DNA of 64,000 nucleotides from the human T2T-CHM13v2.0 reference genome, Homo sapiens: the NCBI RefSeq assembly GCF_009914755.1, contig NC_060934.1, one strand, 5' to 3'. The position numbers were made by a program, and so were the translations under genes. Below, in pieces: positions 24,419 through 41,704 of this stretch (its first letter is position 1; every line of letters starts with the position of its first letter). Under the pieces are notes generated by a model. That model saw only the letters and a list, made by a program, of their open reading frames with translations. It was not told where the DNA came from and did not search any database.

Positions 24419-26640
24419 TATCTCAGTTTACATTCCCACAAAAGCAGAAACAAAGCAAAATCTTACTGAGTTGCTTTGTTATTTTCGAGTGCAATCCCAA
24501 GGAGCAGAAGTGAGGGACTAGGAGAGCAGAGCAGGAAAGGAGGGTCAGCCTGTGACAAGGACTTACTACAGAGCTCACAGCTCCAAAGGGCAAGTGATTG
24601 CTCCGTCTTGTGATCATCTTCCAAGATGTGATGTAAACCATGTCTCATTGTACGTTCTTCATTTTATCCAGCTCCAATACTGCAGTATGAAATTCCCATT
24701 TGTAGTAGGGACAGGATGCTTTGTTTTTCCTTGAAAGGTGAATTACAAACCCCATCTATCATAGAATCCCCTTCAAAGTAAGAACAGACACAATATCTGA
24801 AAAGATGTAAGCCAAGAAGCCTAGTGAAAAAGCTACCATCCACACTGCTACAGTTTGCGCCAAGATTATCTTCGGTATTTATCATATCTGGCTCCATAAT
24901 CAGTTTCCCTCACTTTTGGTCAGCACTTCAGTTTATCTGGATGGCTTATCTGGTGGGGTGACCAAGGCACTTATCCCTTCCATATCTGTGTTTTCAATTG
25001 TTCTACTTTTTTAAAGTCAAGGTTTATCAAGAGTTTATTCTTATCATGGGTACAGAAACACAAGGTGCCAAGGTGAAACCTGTGCATTCAAAATATACCT
25101 TCTTCCCACCCCCAACTATGTAGAACAACCTTAGCTCATTGTGGTAATCAGGGTCTGCTGCCCCTAACAATCTAGTAACTCTTTTGTTTATGCCTGTTCC
25201 CTATTTTAAGAATCCCAAAGCAACCAGAAAGTAGCTAAAGCCTAAAATTCAACAGAAACATTAGTATCTCTAAGAGAAACATTCTTTTTCTCAGGATCTA
25301 TGACCACTGACTTGGCAAAGCCTACAGTCAGGGGGACAGAAATCACAAATTCCACAAGCAGATCATTGGGGTAAGGTGAGAAAAGCCAGCACTATTTCTA
25401 CTCCTTGGTTGCCAGGCTTATATATACCAGTTATTATGAGCACTCTTGGTCCAGCAAACAGACTGTATTTTGGTGGGCAGTGCCTCAGTGTCACGGGATG
25501 TTGATCCCTCACTACCTTTTTAGCTAATCCTTTAACAACGCATTCTACTGCTTCTTCTGGGTGATCGGGTTTATGATAAGAACAATGCAGCTGTTATCAT
25601 GCAACTTTTTCGTAGCTCCTTTGCTGTACAAGAATCCCTTGTTCCAAAATAATGTGTGGGCTACCATGACAATAAGTTAGGTATTTTTAAGTCCTTAAGC
25701 AGTGATGGTGAAAATACAGCGGGTAGGGAAGGAAGCCCCATATTTTGAGTAGGTGTTGATTCCTGTAAGAAGGAATTCTCTCCCTTCTTAGTGGAAGGGA
25801 TCCAAATTAATTGACCTGCCACCATGGGACTGGCCAGTCTTCTGGAGGAAGGATGCCGCATGGAGGCGTCACTCTTAAAATGAGCCTGACTTTCAGTGCA
25901 TTCTGTGCTATGGCTTCAGAAGATGAAAGTACCCTTCATAGCTGTCCCAGAGGCTCTTTGGCTTTATAGTGTGCTTTGAGTTAGCAGTTTGGCTGTCCCG
26001 AGCCTATCATGTTCTCATTTCAAGTTTTCCAAAAAAGAATAGAACACATTCACATTTCTTATGATTATCATTTCCCCCACACCATCCAAGCCCTCAGCCA
26101 CTGCAGATCCAGTGGCTCACCTTCTACCTGCCCTTTGTTCCGATTATTAACAACTGAAAGCCTTGATGGTTACAACCACCCCAATTATCACCAGCAATGA
26201 TCTTATTGACACCAGATCAAAGAGTCATCAAGTTCCAAATTTTCATCTTCTTTCTAGAGCTCTGCCACCTCCCCAATACCAACGGTCTTAATCTGCCTTC
26301 TGCTACAAAGCAGAGTACAATGCAAAGATTTATAAGGTACTGCTTTATTCAGGAATGGCATCCCAGCGAGCAAGATAAAGGTCAGGAAAGTGAAGAAGGA
26401 AGCAGGTTTCACTATTATGGTCACAGAGGAAAGTCTACCACATGCAAAGCCCCATGTCAACACAGAAGACCCAGGGTGGGAGGCAAGAAGTACATGGCAG
26501 AGGTATGAGGCAGACACTGGCAGGTTGAGCCTGAGTGAAGCTGGTCAGAATCCTTTCAGAGTGCATCACTGCAGCCTCTGCTGAAATAAGACTCAGGCAA
26601 AACTGAGAGGCTATGCAGTGGTGCATGAACAGTGCCTGAT
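24419..26640 (-). mobile_element. Decayed ERV-L-class provirus (LTR16-like LTRs; internal integrase and dUTPase remnants)
   Basis: Two related LTR-like blocks starting at about 24419 and 26284. Minus-strand translations: WWQVN*FGSLP / FLLTGINTYSKYG (25735-25860), HCSYHKPDHPEEA (about 25548-25587), RVTRLLGAADPDYHNELRL (about 25125-25185). Confidence 0.75.
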
Positions 26641-27479
26641 GCAGTGAATAAGATTGGGAACAAGTTAATGCATTTATGACATATTATGTTCTCCCTAATC
26701 ACTGAAATCATTTGTCTTAGTCACCCAAACTATTTTATATTACTCCCCCTAATAAAAGGAATGAATTTGCCCCAACCTTCCTGGTGAATGAGAAAGGCCA
26801 TGAGATCAGCTATAAAGTCTTCAATTTATAAGCAGAGTTTCTTCTCTATCTGATTTGTATATGCAAGCATCTCTCCTGTTTATTGCCTGGATAGAAGTGC
26901 AAACACAGCAGAGAAACATAATGAATGCCTTATTTTGATTGTCCAAGCTGAAAGTAATGAAAAAGCCAAACTGATAGAAATTAGGAAATATGAATCCAAT
27001 TTACAAAATTCTGCCAGGGCTAATAAAACAAGGTATAACATCAGTTGCACAACCAAAAGACTGCCATTTTATGGTCATTTTTACGGCATATGATTTTGAC
27101 ATTGACTACATTCCTTTTTTATGTTCTAGTTATATGAATATTCTACTCAATGTTTAAATTTAAAAAGCTGCAGAAACAATGCAAAGAGCATAGCTCTCAA
27201 TGACCAGAAAACTAAGAGGCACTAAATTATAAAGTATGTATAAACAATGATGTATAAAACAAAGAATTTCAGAGGCCATAGAACTACATCGAACTGCAGC
27301 TCAAATGTCCTCCTTTCACACTCCCCAGTGCCTTCTACTTCCACCTGGCATCCTATGCATGCTCTAGGAATATGCCTTTTACACACTGCTGAAAAGAATG
27401 GCCCAAAGAAATTTTCCCACAGTCTCAATCTAAACAAATAATGTGGGTGGCCATAAAGTCAATTACTGTGATAAATACA

Positions 27480-28280
<801 letters not shown>

Positions 28281-28429
28281 TAGAACAGATTAAATTCAGC
28301 ATTTATTGAACGTTTAAATGTACAAATCACAGTGCTAAAAAATGCCAGTACTTCAGGACCTTAAGACTCAAGTTCATGAAAAGCACAGTCTGCTCTCTCA
28401 CTCACTAAATAGAAAAATAGAGACAGAAA

Positions 28430-28435
<6 letters not shown>

Positions 28436-28461
<26 letters not shown>
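28436..28461. repeat. (GA)n microsatellite
   Basis: Perfect AG run. Confidence 0.9.
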
Positions 28462-29075
28462 TTTCCTAGACATTAAATAAGGCAGAAAAGACTCCAACTC
28501 TATCATTTATCACTTTTCTAGAAAGTCTTCCTTTTTTCCCCACCTCCAAGTAAAACATGATTGAGGTAAGCACAATCAGATACATAATTTTGCCCCTTGG
28601 TCATGAATGTATAATTCATAGTTAAATTCTTGGCCCAAAGTGCATAAATGGACACTTCTTTTAAGCCTTTCTTCCATTCCAACCATTTTCCTGCATGTGG
28701 GCCAATACAAAAGAGAAAATTGTCTGTAATATGAAAGGAGAATACAACAGGTCAAAATGAAACAAAAACAAGAGATGGAAATAGAGAAATTCTGCTTTCC
28801 TACAACTACTTCATACATGATTCCAAACAGTGCCCAAAGTCCAGATATTGTAAGACAGGTAGCTTCTTGTCTACAAATTGTTTTTTATAGTGTAAGCTAG
28901 ATTTAATGGGACTCTAATACTTACCAGACAGTAAGATTCCTAAAAATCTATTTACTACACATGGCTAAAGGTTATCGCCCAGAAAACTCTAGACTTTGGC
29001 CTTTTCAATGATATAATATGTTTGGAACTATTCAATGCACCTTTCCAGAATGAGCTTGTTTCCATTTTAGCAAAG

Positions 29076-29652
29076 TGTAGGACAGATTTTAAGGTGGCCT
29101 TCATGGTTCTTGACTCCTATCATTCATACCTTTGTGAAATGTTCTTACCTTGAGTGGGGGGTGGGATCTAGGACTTGCTTCTAATCTGAGTGTGGCAAAG
29201 ATTATGGTGATTACATAAGTCTCTAGTACCTGTCTAGGTATTGCTAAAGTCTCTTCCTCTCTGTTTCTGGCCTTGAAAAAGTAAGCTATCATATTATAGA
29301 AGGGCCTGTAGGGAGGGTAATGTGACAGATTTGCAATTGGCCTCTTACTGCTGACAGCAACCCCTGGACAACAGTCAACAAGAAGCCAAGGACGTACACC
29401 TTTTAGCCTCAAGGAAATGCATTCTGCCACTGACCTGAGTAGGCTTAGAAGCAGACTCCTCTCCAATCCAGCCTCCAGATAAGAATCCAGCTTGGAAGCA
29501 CTTTGATTACAGCCTTACGAGACCCTGAGCAGAGAATCTAGCTAAGCTTTACCAATACTCCTAACTCACAGAACTGTGAGATAATGAATGTGTGTTGTTT
29601 TATGCTTCTAAGTGATTGATAACTTGTTATGCAGTAATAGAAAACTAATACA
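29076..29652 (+). mobile_element. MLT1E-type MaLR solo LTR
   Basis: TGTAGGACAGATTTTAAGGTGGCC...CAAGGAAATGCATTCTGCC...GCAGTAATAGAAAACTAATACA. Confidence 0.85.
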
Positions 29653-29676
29653 TATAAGAATAAACCATTCAAATTA

Positions 29677-29841
<165 letters not shown>

Positions 29842-30494
29842 AAAGAGTACTAGGTTAAGATCCTCCCTCATGTTTTCTTGAGTCACTCCTTATAGAAAAT
29901 ACCAATGTGTTATCTCTTTAAGGTACAGATTCAGAACTACAAGAAAGTTCTTTAAAAATGAGACATTTGTTCATCATAACCCTGAAGCTTTTCTTTTGTG
30001 GATTCCTCTGAATCTGGAAAAAAAAAAAAACTGTGCTTCCTAGAGTTTAGATCAATAACTAATTTGAAAACTAAATCTCTAGGCCTGGTTAGATGGTTTG
30101 TAAATGACTGCAGTGACTAAGTGACAAAAGAAACAAATTGTCCAGCTAAGTGTCCACTCACTCAATTGATTCCACTGATGTCACTTTTGATTTTCATTAG
30201 TGGAATTATTACATAAGATATACCCTAAACCTTTATGGCTTATTAAAGTGAGCACAATGAAAATAGCAGTTCACTTTTTCTAGGAGACTTCATTGTGCTA
30301 GTAGATAAAATTACACAATTGATGCCTTTGTGTGCTTCTTATTAGAAATGGTACTGAAGTCCTATTGATGGGTTCCAATTCCAGCCTTGTCCTTTATTAA
30401 CTTTGGAAAACTGGATGAGCTATATAAGTCCCTTAGGCACCTAAAAAGCTAGTTGAATAATGATCAGATATCTGACAAAGCTTAACAGTAAGGA

Positions 30495-30755
30495 TACACA
30501 TTGGTTAGGATCAGGGCTTTTGACATCAGACAATCTTATGTTTGATTTAGAGCTTTAACTTTTGTTTGTGTCTATGTGACGATCTTAACCCAACAAAATC
30601 TCAACTTCTTATGTATAACATGAGCATTCTAATTCCTACCCCATTCATTTGTTATGAAGATTACTTAACGTAATATGCAAAAATTAGATCTAGGGGATGA
30701 TATGTAGTAAATGTTCAATAAATGTTTTCTATTATTATGACATTTTCTATTATTG
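30495..30755 (+). mobile_element. MIR SINE, near full length
   Basis: TGGTTAGGATCAGGGCTTTTGACATCAGAC...GTAGTAAATGTTCAATAAATG. Confidence 0.7.
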
Positions 30756-31144
30756 CTACTACTATTAATATTACTACATGAAAATACCTAGCATAACATA
30801 TAGCCAATATTTAGTTTCTTTCTCCATATGCTTTTTATCACCCTTCCCTGTGTCTCACTCCTACCCTGCAATTTTAAAATAATTCTAGGAAGTCATGGGC
30901 CTATTTTCTTAAAATAGTTCACTGATTCAAAGAATATAACTGTTCTGAGAAGAATGTCTCACATGGTTATCTACACCCTAAGGTGAATGACAAATATCAC
31001 ACTATCCCATGGCTGCTAAGGTTCTCAAATTAAATGTGTAGACACAAAAATGGGAAAGCATGAAAGGGAAGAAACCCTCCAGGAAGAGAGCCATGTTCTG
31101 TGTCTTGGGTTTTGTCCTTGGAGCAGGGAGAAAGCTATTCCTTG

Positions 31145-31885
31145 GGTAGCACATCGTAGTGAGTCAGAGTACTGTTTGTGCAAAAAGACTGTCTGGGTTC
31201 AAATCTTTCCTCTGCTGCTCATGAAATGTATGACCTAACGGCAGAGTGCCTAAATCAGTTGCCTCACCTGTAAAATAGGACTAATGTTATTTATCGGTAT
31301 GGTATAGTTATTGTGATGATTAAATCAGTTATCCACAGGAATCACTTTGGGCTGGAGGGTTTCCACTCACCTCCATGGGTTTACAATCCACTTTTCTCCC
31401 CTCATTTTGGTGCCTGGGAGGCAGGCTTGTGTATTCTGCTGCGATAAAGCCTCCTTCTCTTCTGGTTTCCTATCAGGTTCAGCAAATGCAAGACACCACA
31501 GGAGATGGGAGGTCAGAAGGAAAATGAGGTCTGTGTACCTTTCCCTATAGCCCAGCTCCCTGCCAGGCCACAGATAGAGAGTGCTGCAGTTGGCAACCAA
31601 AACTGAAGTACTGAGTGGCAGACACTGAGTGGCATTCTTCCACACCTACAGTTTTGCCAAGTTCTGTTAACCTCTCCCACCTTTTGCTCCTTCTAGTTTA
31701 GAGGTACCTCACCAGCTTCTATTGGTTTACCTTAATCCTGCCCATATTTTTGTGAATAGCCCCTTAATTAAACTCCCAAATCCTCCTTTTTGAATATGGC
31801 ATCTCTTCTCTTTTGGGTTACCACACACTTACAACAGTGTCTATCAGGCAGTATCTACTAAATAAATGTTATCTATTACTAAATA
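31145..31885 (+). mobile_element. MIR split by an LTR
   Basis: CTGGGTTCAAATC...CTCACCTGTAAAATAGG...GATTAAAT (to about 31327), resumes CACTTACAACAGTGTCT...AATAAATGTTATCTATTA (from about 31826). Confidence 0.65.
31330..31826 (+). mobile_element. LTR33-like ERVL solo LTR
   Basis: CTTCTGGTTTCCTATCAGGTTCAGCAAATG...CTGCCCATATTTTTGTGAATAGCCCCTTAATTAAACTC. Confidence 0.6.
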
Positions 31886-34514
31886 AATTGCAGAGGTTAA
31901 AGTGGTGTTTTTCTCTAAATACAACCATCACTATAATAACAAATAAACATAAACTTTTATCCAGCAACATAATGATTCAGAGTTTTCAGAGGGCCAGAAC
32001 TGCTACTACTTCATTCTAGAAGCAGTCCTCAGGAAGACTGCTGTTCATAAAACGCGAGACAGGTAACAATGATTAAGATACGCAGGAAATGAAAATAAAA
32101 AATTATGTATCCCACTATACTTTTATTTAAATAAAATATACAATACATGAGAAACAAAATATAGAATATCTAAGGGTGAAATTAAAGATTGTTTTTAAAA
32201 ATCAGCTAAATTAGAAAATAGGCATACTGGAGTAGGGTTAGTTCTTTTTATTTTATTATTTTACTACCCTAACAAACATTATTATTACTATATATCCAGC
32301 TAAACAACTCTGCAGTCATCTTAAGGGAAATACCATAATACTGAGTAGGTTTGAAATTGAGTCTGATCACAAGGTGAAAATATCATGCCAACTAACTTAG
32401 AGAGCTTACCAAGAAAAAGATTATGTAAATAAGTGGTTGCCGAGTTTTTCATCTTTCTTATTTGTGAATTGGAGAAAGGTTGGCACGGTGAATAATAACT
32501 TTGCTATTTTTGAAGAATAACAAATTGATCATAAAAATATTGATAATATGCATTCATGCTTCATCTTATATCCCATATATTTAAATGGCTAATCCATAGC
32601 ATATGATTGTATAAACATCAGAAGTTTTATTTACTAGAATTTTTTCTTTCTTTATAAGCAAAGAAGATGCAAGTCCTTTAAAAGTCTTGCCATCTATTTT
32701 AATAAGCTGTACTTAATGTTATCAGCAACTTACTTTAGGGAGAGTTCCTATACATAGAAATAAATGCCAGACCAAACATTGCTGCTGATTTGTTCTTGCA
32801 AGTCTGCCAAAAGGATAATATATTCACAAATAGAATGTATTCTCTTATTAGTTTTTTTAGTATTACTGCAAAAACTGCAATGATTTTCCATTTAATAGGG
32901 AAAAAAACACTTCACATTCCTAGAAAATTGTTTCTTAAGGGGAAAAGGGGGAAAATAAGACTATGCCCTTCTCAGCAGAAATCATTGCCAGGGCGTGAAG
33001 GTAATATATTTCATCTCCCAGTCTATTATAATTTTAAAGGTTTTATTTTTTTCCTTATCCTCACTTCTCTTTTCAGCTGCAAGTTGTCTCATCAGCCCTC
33101 TCAGCTGATCTGATGTCATGGTTATTTTTCTCTCCTGTTAAAGGTCAGGGATGTTGGTAGGATTTGCCTTTGCTCTTTATGTTTGTGGCAAAGGAAATAC
33201 AAGCAACTTCTCTTGAATCAAATTGAGTTTAAAGCAAAATAGGGACACGGTTCTACATGCATAGGCAATCGGGATAAGCCAAATGGGATAGACTGATGGT
33301 AGCATTTAAACTTACAGAGGCCTGTTTTCATTAGAGCTGTTCAATGAACTGGTAAGCCATCTGTGTGCTAAGAATTCTGTGAACTGAAGTAGCCTTTTTC
33401 TGTTACGCACAATTGGGGAAAAATAAGTATATATTCAATGCTAAGTATATAACACCACCTAATACAATCTTTATCTGCAAATTACTGAAATTATGCATTG
33501 GATGCCAATGGGAAAACAAATCTGGAACCATTCCAGTTAGTCAAGCTATTTTAATAAAATAGGGGGAAGGAGCTGTTAGCAAGATACTGGTTGAGAAACC
33601 ATGTTTATTTGTAGGGGCCTGGTCAATTCTTCTCCGTAACCAATCTCTACTCTATTAGATTCAGATCATTCTCTCCGTGTTTGATATTGAAACTGAGCTT
33701 AGGCTCAGCATAGTGAAGTGAAGAAGGAAATGAACTTCGAGTCTTCCTCCATGAAGGCAAGATAATATTTCCTATACAAACACTTGTAATGAAACATGAC
33801 AAGAAAGATCACAGCATTAATCAGAAGGCTTCAGTTAGAACAATTTGCAGGAACAGATGGAGATAAAGGGTTTGATAATAGATTGGGGGCATCTTAAAAC
33901 GAGGAAACTAGTGATTAGGAATTCTATTTGGTTTTAAACACATTACTTTTTTGTCTTATCAGCATGTGAAGTGGTATAGTTGCTGTAAGTCAATCTAACC
34001 ATAGTTTAGTGGCTTACACTATGCACTACAGATTTTCAATGTTGTCAGGTTATGGAGCTTTTCTGTATTTGTGACCAACACATTCCCACATTTTCTCCCT
34101 CTCATACTTCCAGGGCAGAAGGAATTCTCTTTTGTTGAAGCCCTGATGCAATGAAAGACCTTCAAAACAAGACAGTGTTCTACCTCATATAAGACTACTA
34201 TCTCTTATAGATCTAAAGACCCTATAAGAGCTTTGGGATGAGAGAATGAAAAGCTACTGATGGTGATCTCAACTTGAGGGGCACTGAATAAGTCATCGTA
34301 TCTATCAATATTTGTCCTTTTGACTAAATTTCCAACCTAAGAAGTCCAATTTCAAGGGAAATACAACTGCACCTGTGAAAGGATTCTCTTAATTTGATAA
34401 GAGCTTTTAGTTAATTGGAGCAGATATCTGAAAACATGAAGCTTGGGACATGAGCCATGAGACAGGCATAGAGTGGAAAGGGAAATGGGAAATAGGGAAC
34501 AGAAAGAAGAAAAG

Positions 34515-35100
34515 CATGCATTCATTCAACATCCAATATGCACATACTGGGCAGCTCATATATCAGGCTCTCTGCTGGACAATGAGATAGAGAACAGACA
34601 TTCACCAAGATAGACAGGTTCCTGCACTCTGGGAGCTTTCACTTCAGTGAGAAATGACATACAATAAACACATAGATGGTAAATAAAGGAGATAAGGTCT
34701 GACAGTAATAAATGCTGATAAGGGAATAAAATAAGATGGTCAAAAGTACTGAGGGTAGGGGAGAAGGAGAGATACTTGAGACTGAATGCTCAGATATAAC
34801 CTCTCTGATGAGAAGGCATTTAAAATGAGACTTGAATAAAGAGAAGAAGCCTTGCAAACTATCAGGGAAACAGAGTTCCAGATAAACAAGCTTCAAGTGT
34901 AAGGACATTGATAACTATTTTTTTTCCAACAAACTTTGTCTGTCAAAGGAATTCAAGTCCCTGTGGATGGCATGTAGTAGGAGAAAAGAGCAGTAGATAA
35001 GTTTGGAAAAGTGGAAAGGCCAAACACAGGGTTTCAGAGGCCATCTGAAGAAGACTCAATTTTATTCAGAACTAAAAGGGGAGTGATAGGGACTTTTAAG
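34515..35100 (-). mobile_element. L2a LINE 3' region
   Basis: CATTCATTCAAC tail, GTTCCTGCACTCTGGGAGCTTTCA, CCTCTCTGATGAGAAGGCATTT. Confidence 0.75.
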
Positions 35101-35101
35101 G

Positions 35102-35477
35102 TTTTTAAGTTGGCTAAGGCTGCCACAACAGAATATGACAGTCTGGGTGGCTTAAACAACCAAATTTTATTTTTCCACAGTTCTGGAGGCTAGTAAGTCC
35201 AAGATCAAGGTGGCAGAAGGGTTGGTTTCTGGTGAGTCCTCTCTCCCTGCCTTGCAGATGGCTGCCTTATGGCTGCATCCTCACCTGGCCTTTTCTCTGT
35301 GCATGCACACTCCTGATATCTCTTCCTTTTCTTATAAGGAATCCTATTAGATTAGGATGCCTCCTAATGACTTCATTTAACTTTGATTACTTTTTTAAAG
35401 GTCTATCTGTAAATATAGACACCAGATACTATAACCTCAACATGTAAATTTGGGGAAACCCAACTCAGTTCATTACA
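35102..35477 (-). mobile_element. MLT1B-like MaLR solo LTR
   Basis: GGCTGCCACAACA...GGTGGCTTAAACAAC...CACAGTTCTGGAGGCTAG...TCCAAGATCAAGGTG. Confidence 0.85.
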
Positions 35478-36084
35478 CAAGTCAAGACGGTATTTGTAAA
35501 ATGCCCCTTTGGCTGCCATGTGGAGCTTGGATTTGGGGTGGGGTCATGATGATGTAGAAAGAGCAGAGACAATGTTCCTTTTCTGTACTTTATGCTAATG
35601 CCTTCCCCAAAATTTCATCAGTGTTAGATGCATGTAAACAGATAGAAAAACTAGCTAATTAGCTGTTCTTGTTGAATATATAGGTCAGGGTTCAGTCCAA
35701 ATAAAAGAATCTTGGATGTGCTAAAAAAATCAAACAAAAACAAACAAACAACAAAAAAAACATAAAAATTTTTTCAGTTTCTATTCTTCCTGTTTTGAAG
35801 ATTGCAAGGTCATGGGTTTTTCTGTCTATAAATTCCAAGAAAGACACTGTTGGAACATCTACAGCAATATCAACATAGTAAAAGTCTCATAGATCATAAA
35901 GGTCCTGCCTCCCACACAAGACAGTCTGCCATTGTTGTTATATGAGACCAGAACAAGTGATTTGTTGGCCGTGCCCCACTTACCAAGGTCTTTTCAGAGC
36001 TTGGATAATGGCCCTGGACACATTGAAACAGAAAATCCTTTCCCTTACCTCCATCCAACTGGAGCAGAAAGTAAGAGAAATGGG

Positions 36085-36315
36085 GTTATAATGATGGCTA
36101 CAAATTTTGAGCCTATAACACATGCCAACTAAGTGCTTTTAAACCATGTTTTCTTTTGAATAGAGAACAAACACGTGAGATGGGGATTTTTAACCTAATT
36201 TTAGAAATGAAGAAATGAGGCTCGAGATGAAGCAAGTTGTCCATGCTCTTACTTACATAGTCAGTAAGTGCAGAGCCAAGTTCTGACCCTGATGACCTTC
36301 ATAAGCCTTGATTCT
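36085..36315 (-). mobile_element. MIR SINE
   Basis: ATTTTAGAAATGAAGAAATGAGGCTCGAGA...GTAAGTGCAGAGCCAAG. Confidence 0.65.
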
Positions 36316-36539
36316 AAGCTATGTGCAATGGCACATGTATCTGCACACCAGTGGGGTTTCACTTTTAAAGTTATGCAACACAACAACCATTAGCAAAATT
36401 CTCCTAGACTTGAAACAATCAAAACCTCATCCAGATGTACTGGTTGTACAAAAAGTTATTGTCCATTCTAAGATATAATCCTTAAGATATGCACACATTG
36501 CATCCTAATCAACAATAGTCCTCCCTTTATGCCTGCTAA

Positions 36540-39710
<3,171 letters not shown>

Positions 39711-39764
39711 ATTCAATTGTTTTCTTGTTGTACCTGGAGTCCCATTTGATCAATCTATGAAACT

Positions 39765-39767
<3 letters not shown>

Positions 39768-39802
<35 letters not shown>
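39768..39802. repeat. (CA)n microsatellite
   Basis: Perfect CA run. Confidence 0.95.
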
Positions 39803-39804
<2 letters not shown>

Positions 39805-40914
39805 TAAAAAAATAAAATTAGGAGCATGCCATGCCTCCTATTCTGCATTATGCCATGCAAATACTTCCACGTCAATATACAATCAATCAACTACAAGGTA
39901 ATGCTATTGTTATCCCTATTTCTTTCTGCAAAAGCAGGAGGGCAGGTAGGACCAGCAAATGTCTTGCTAACTAGTACTAATGCAGTCTGTCATTTGTTTC
40001 CTCTGAACCAGGTATATGTTAGGCTAACTTTTTCTTCTCTGTGGTACTTTTTAAGTTCTTCAGAAACATCTACTCCTGAAGATTTCTTCAGAAACAAGTA
40101 CAGCTCTATTGACTCATATAAATGTGACTCAGATTTCCCCTCACCCTCAGGCATTTGGTGGCAACACTTTTAGCATAGGGTTCTTTGCTCCTTTAGGCAG
40201 CTCTCTCCAACAATACCAGAGCTGCTCTTTCTCACACGTGGTTCATATCTAGCCAAATGAAAACATGCACAGTTGATCTCTCATCCTCAGAAATGAAATT
40301 GCCTCACAGATACAACCTCTCCTTTGCTGCCCCAGAAATCTTCATGGGGAAAAATCTGATGCACTCTTTTAGAGGAGGCTTGAAGTGAGGGAAAAGAACA
40401 CCCTGGCCAAGGCATGCATGGATAGAACCCACAGCACTAACAAGTCTCTCCAAATAAATCCTTTATCTAAACTTCAGCATCTTCTTTTTTGGTTTCCTGA
40501 GTCTTAAAGGATGGAAATGTGTGGCCAATAGCAGAAATTTTATTTCTTTGCTCTTAATCAACTCTTGTAAGTTCTCTACAGTTGGTCTATAGACTCACTT
40601 TAAAATGTGGAGTTACTGACATTTGGGGCCACAGATCAATCTGAGAGCATTTATAGTCATAAAAACATATCTGCAAGAATAGGTAGCTTGCTATGAACAG
40701 TAGTTACATCTGGAAAGTTGATTTAGATAAAAGAAACCTTCTGCACTATTTGCATTTCTTCTCTTATAAAAGATTATTTTATAATTATAAAATAAGATGT
40801 TTTCATGAAAATAGCTTCTACATTATGAATTGTTGTGAGCACTTAAAGAAGTGTTTGGAACAGATTAAATCCTGGTTGAAGGTAGCTCTTATTGCTACAT
40901 GCATAGTATTATAA

Positions 40915-41450
40915 CATGCATTCAGCAAATATCTAGTGAGCATTTATTTTATGTAAGACACTCTGCAATTTTCTAGGCATGTAATAGCAAACAAGACAAA
41001 CCTGTTTCCAGCCTTAATGTCTGTTAAAGAGGACTAAGAAAAGTAAACGAGTAAATACATACAATTATTACAAATTACAATTTGTGATGAGGAAACAAGG
41101 AACAATGAGAGACCGAGAAAGAACTAAAATGATTACAGCGATCATCCACTTGTCTTAGCGTGGTCATGTGAGGCCTCTCTGGGAATGGAAATTTAGACTG
41201 AGACCCAAAAGATGAAATAGCTTGGAGAGAAAAGCCAATAGAGGGAAATTACCAATACAGAGAACAGCATTTCCCAAGGCAAAAAGGACCTTGGTATGTT
41301 TGAGGAACTAAAAAGCAAGACCAGAATTGTTGGAATATAACAAGCAAGGGAGACTGTGGTATGAAATGATGGTGAAAGATAGCAAGGCCCTCCAAATTCA
41401 CAGCCTCGCAAGCTGTGGTCTGGACTGGATTTCATTTTAAATACATTATG
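40915..41450 (-). mobile_element. L2 LINE 3' region
   Basis: CATTCAGCAAATATCTAGTGAGCA...GTGGTCATGTGAGGCCTCTCTG...GTTTGAGGAAC. Confidence 0.7.
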
Positions 41451-41574
41451 ATTGTCTTGCATGGTCCATTATAGCATGTCACACAACATAAACCTGGAGA
41501 AAGGGGAGTGACCCACTGAAAGATTTCCTTTGCTTTAAAATCATAAAGATTTACGTTCCTTGTCTTTTAACCAA

Positions 41575-41690
41575 TAAACTCTGTGAAGATAAAGATGGTG
41601 ACTGTCCTCTTTACTATTGTATATCCAGCACTTAGAAAATGATCTGGCACAAGATAAGCTAGATTAAATATTTTCCAGATGAATGAATAC
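41575..41690 (+). mobile_element. L2 3' terminus
   Basis: TGTATATCCAGCACTTAGAA...CTGGCACA...GATGAATGAAT. Confidence 0.65.
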
Positions 41691-41704
41691 ATGACATCAA
41701 TATT

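Noticed and set aside
33077-33143. Possible plus-strand exon (polypyrimidine-CAG acceptor; AAG/GTCAGG donor)
   Set aside because: Such pairs are common by chance; 67 nt with no coding signal or partner exons
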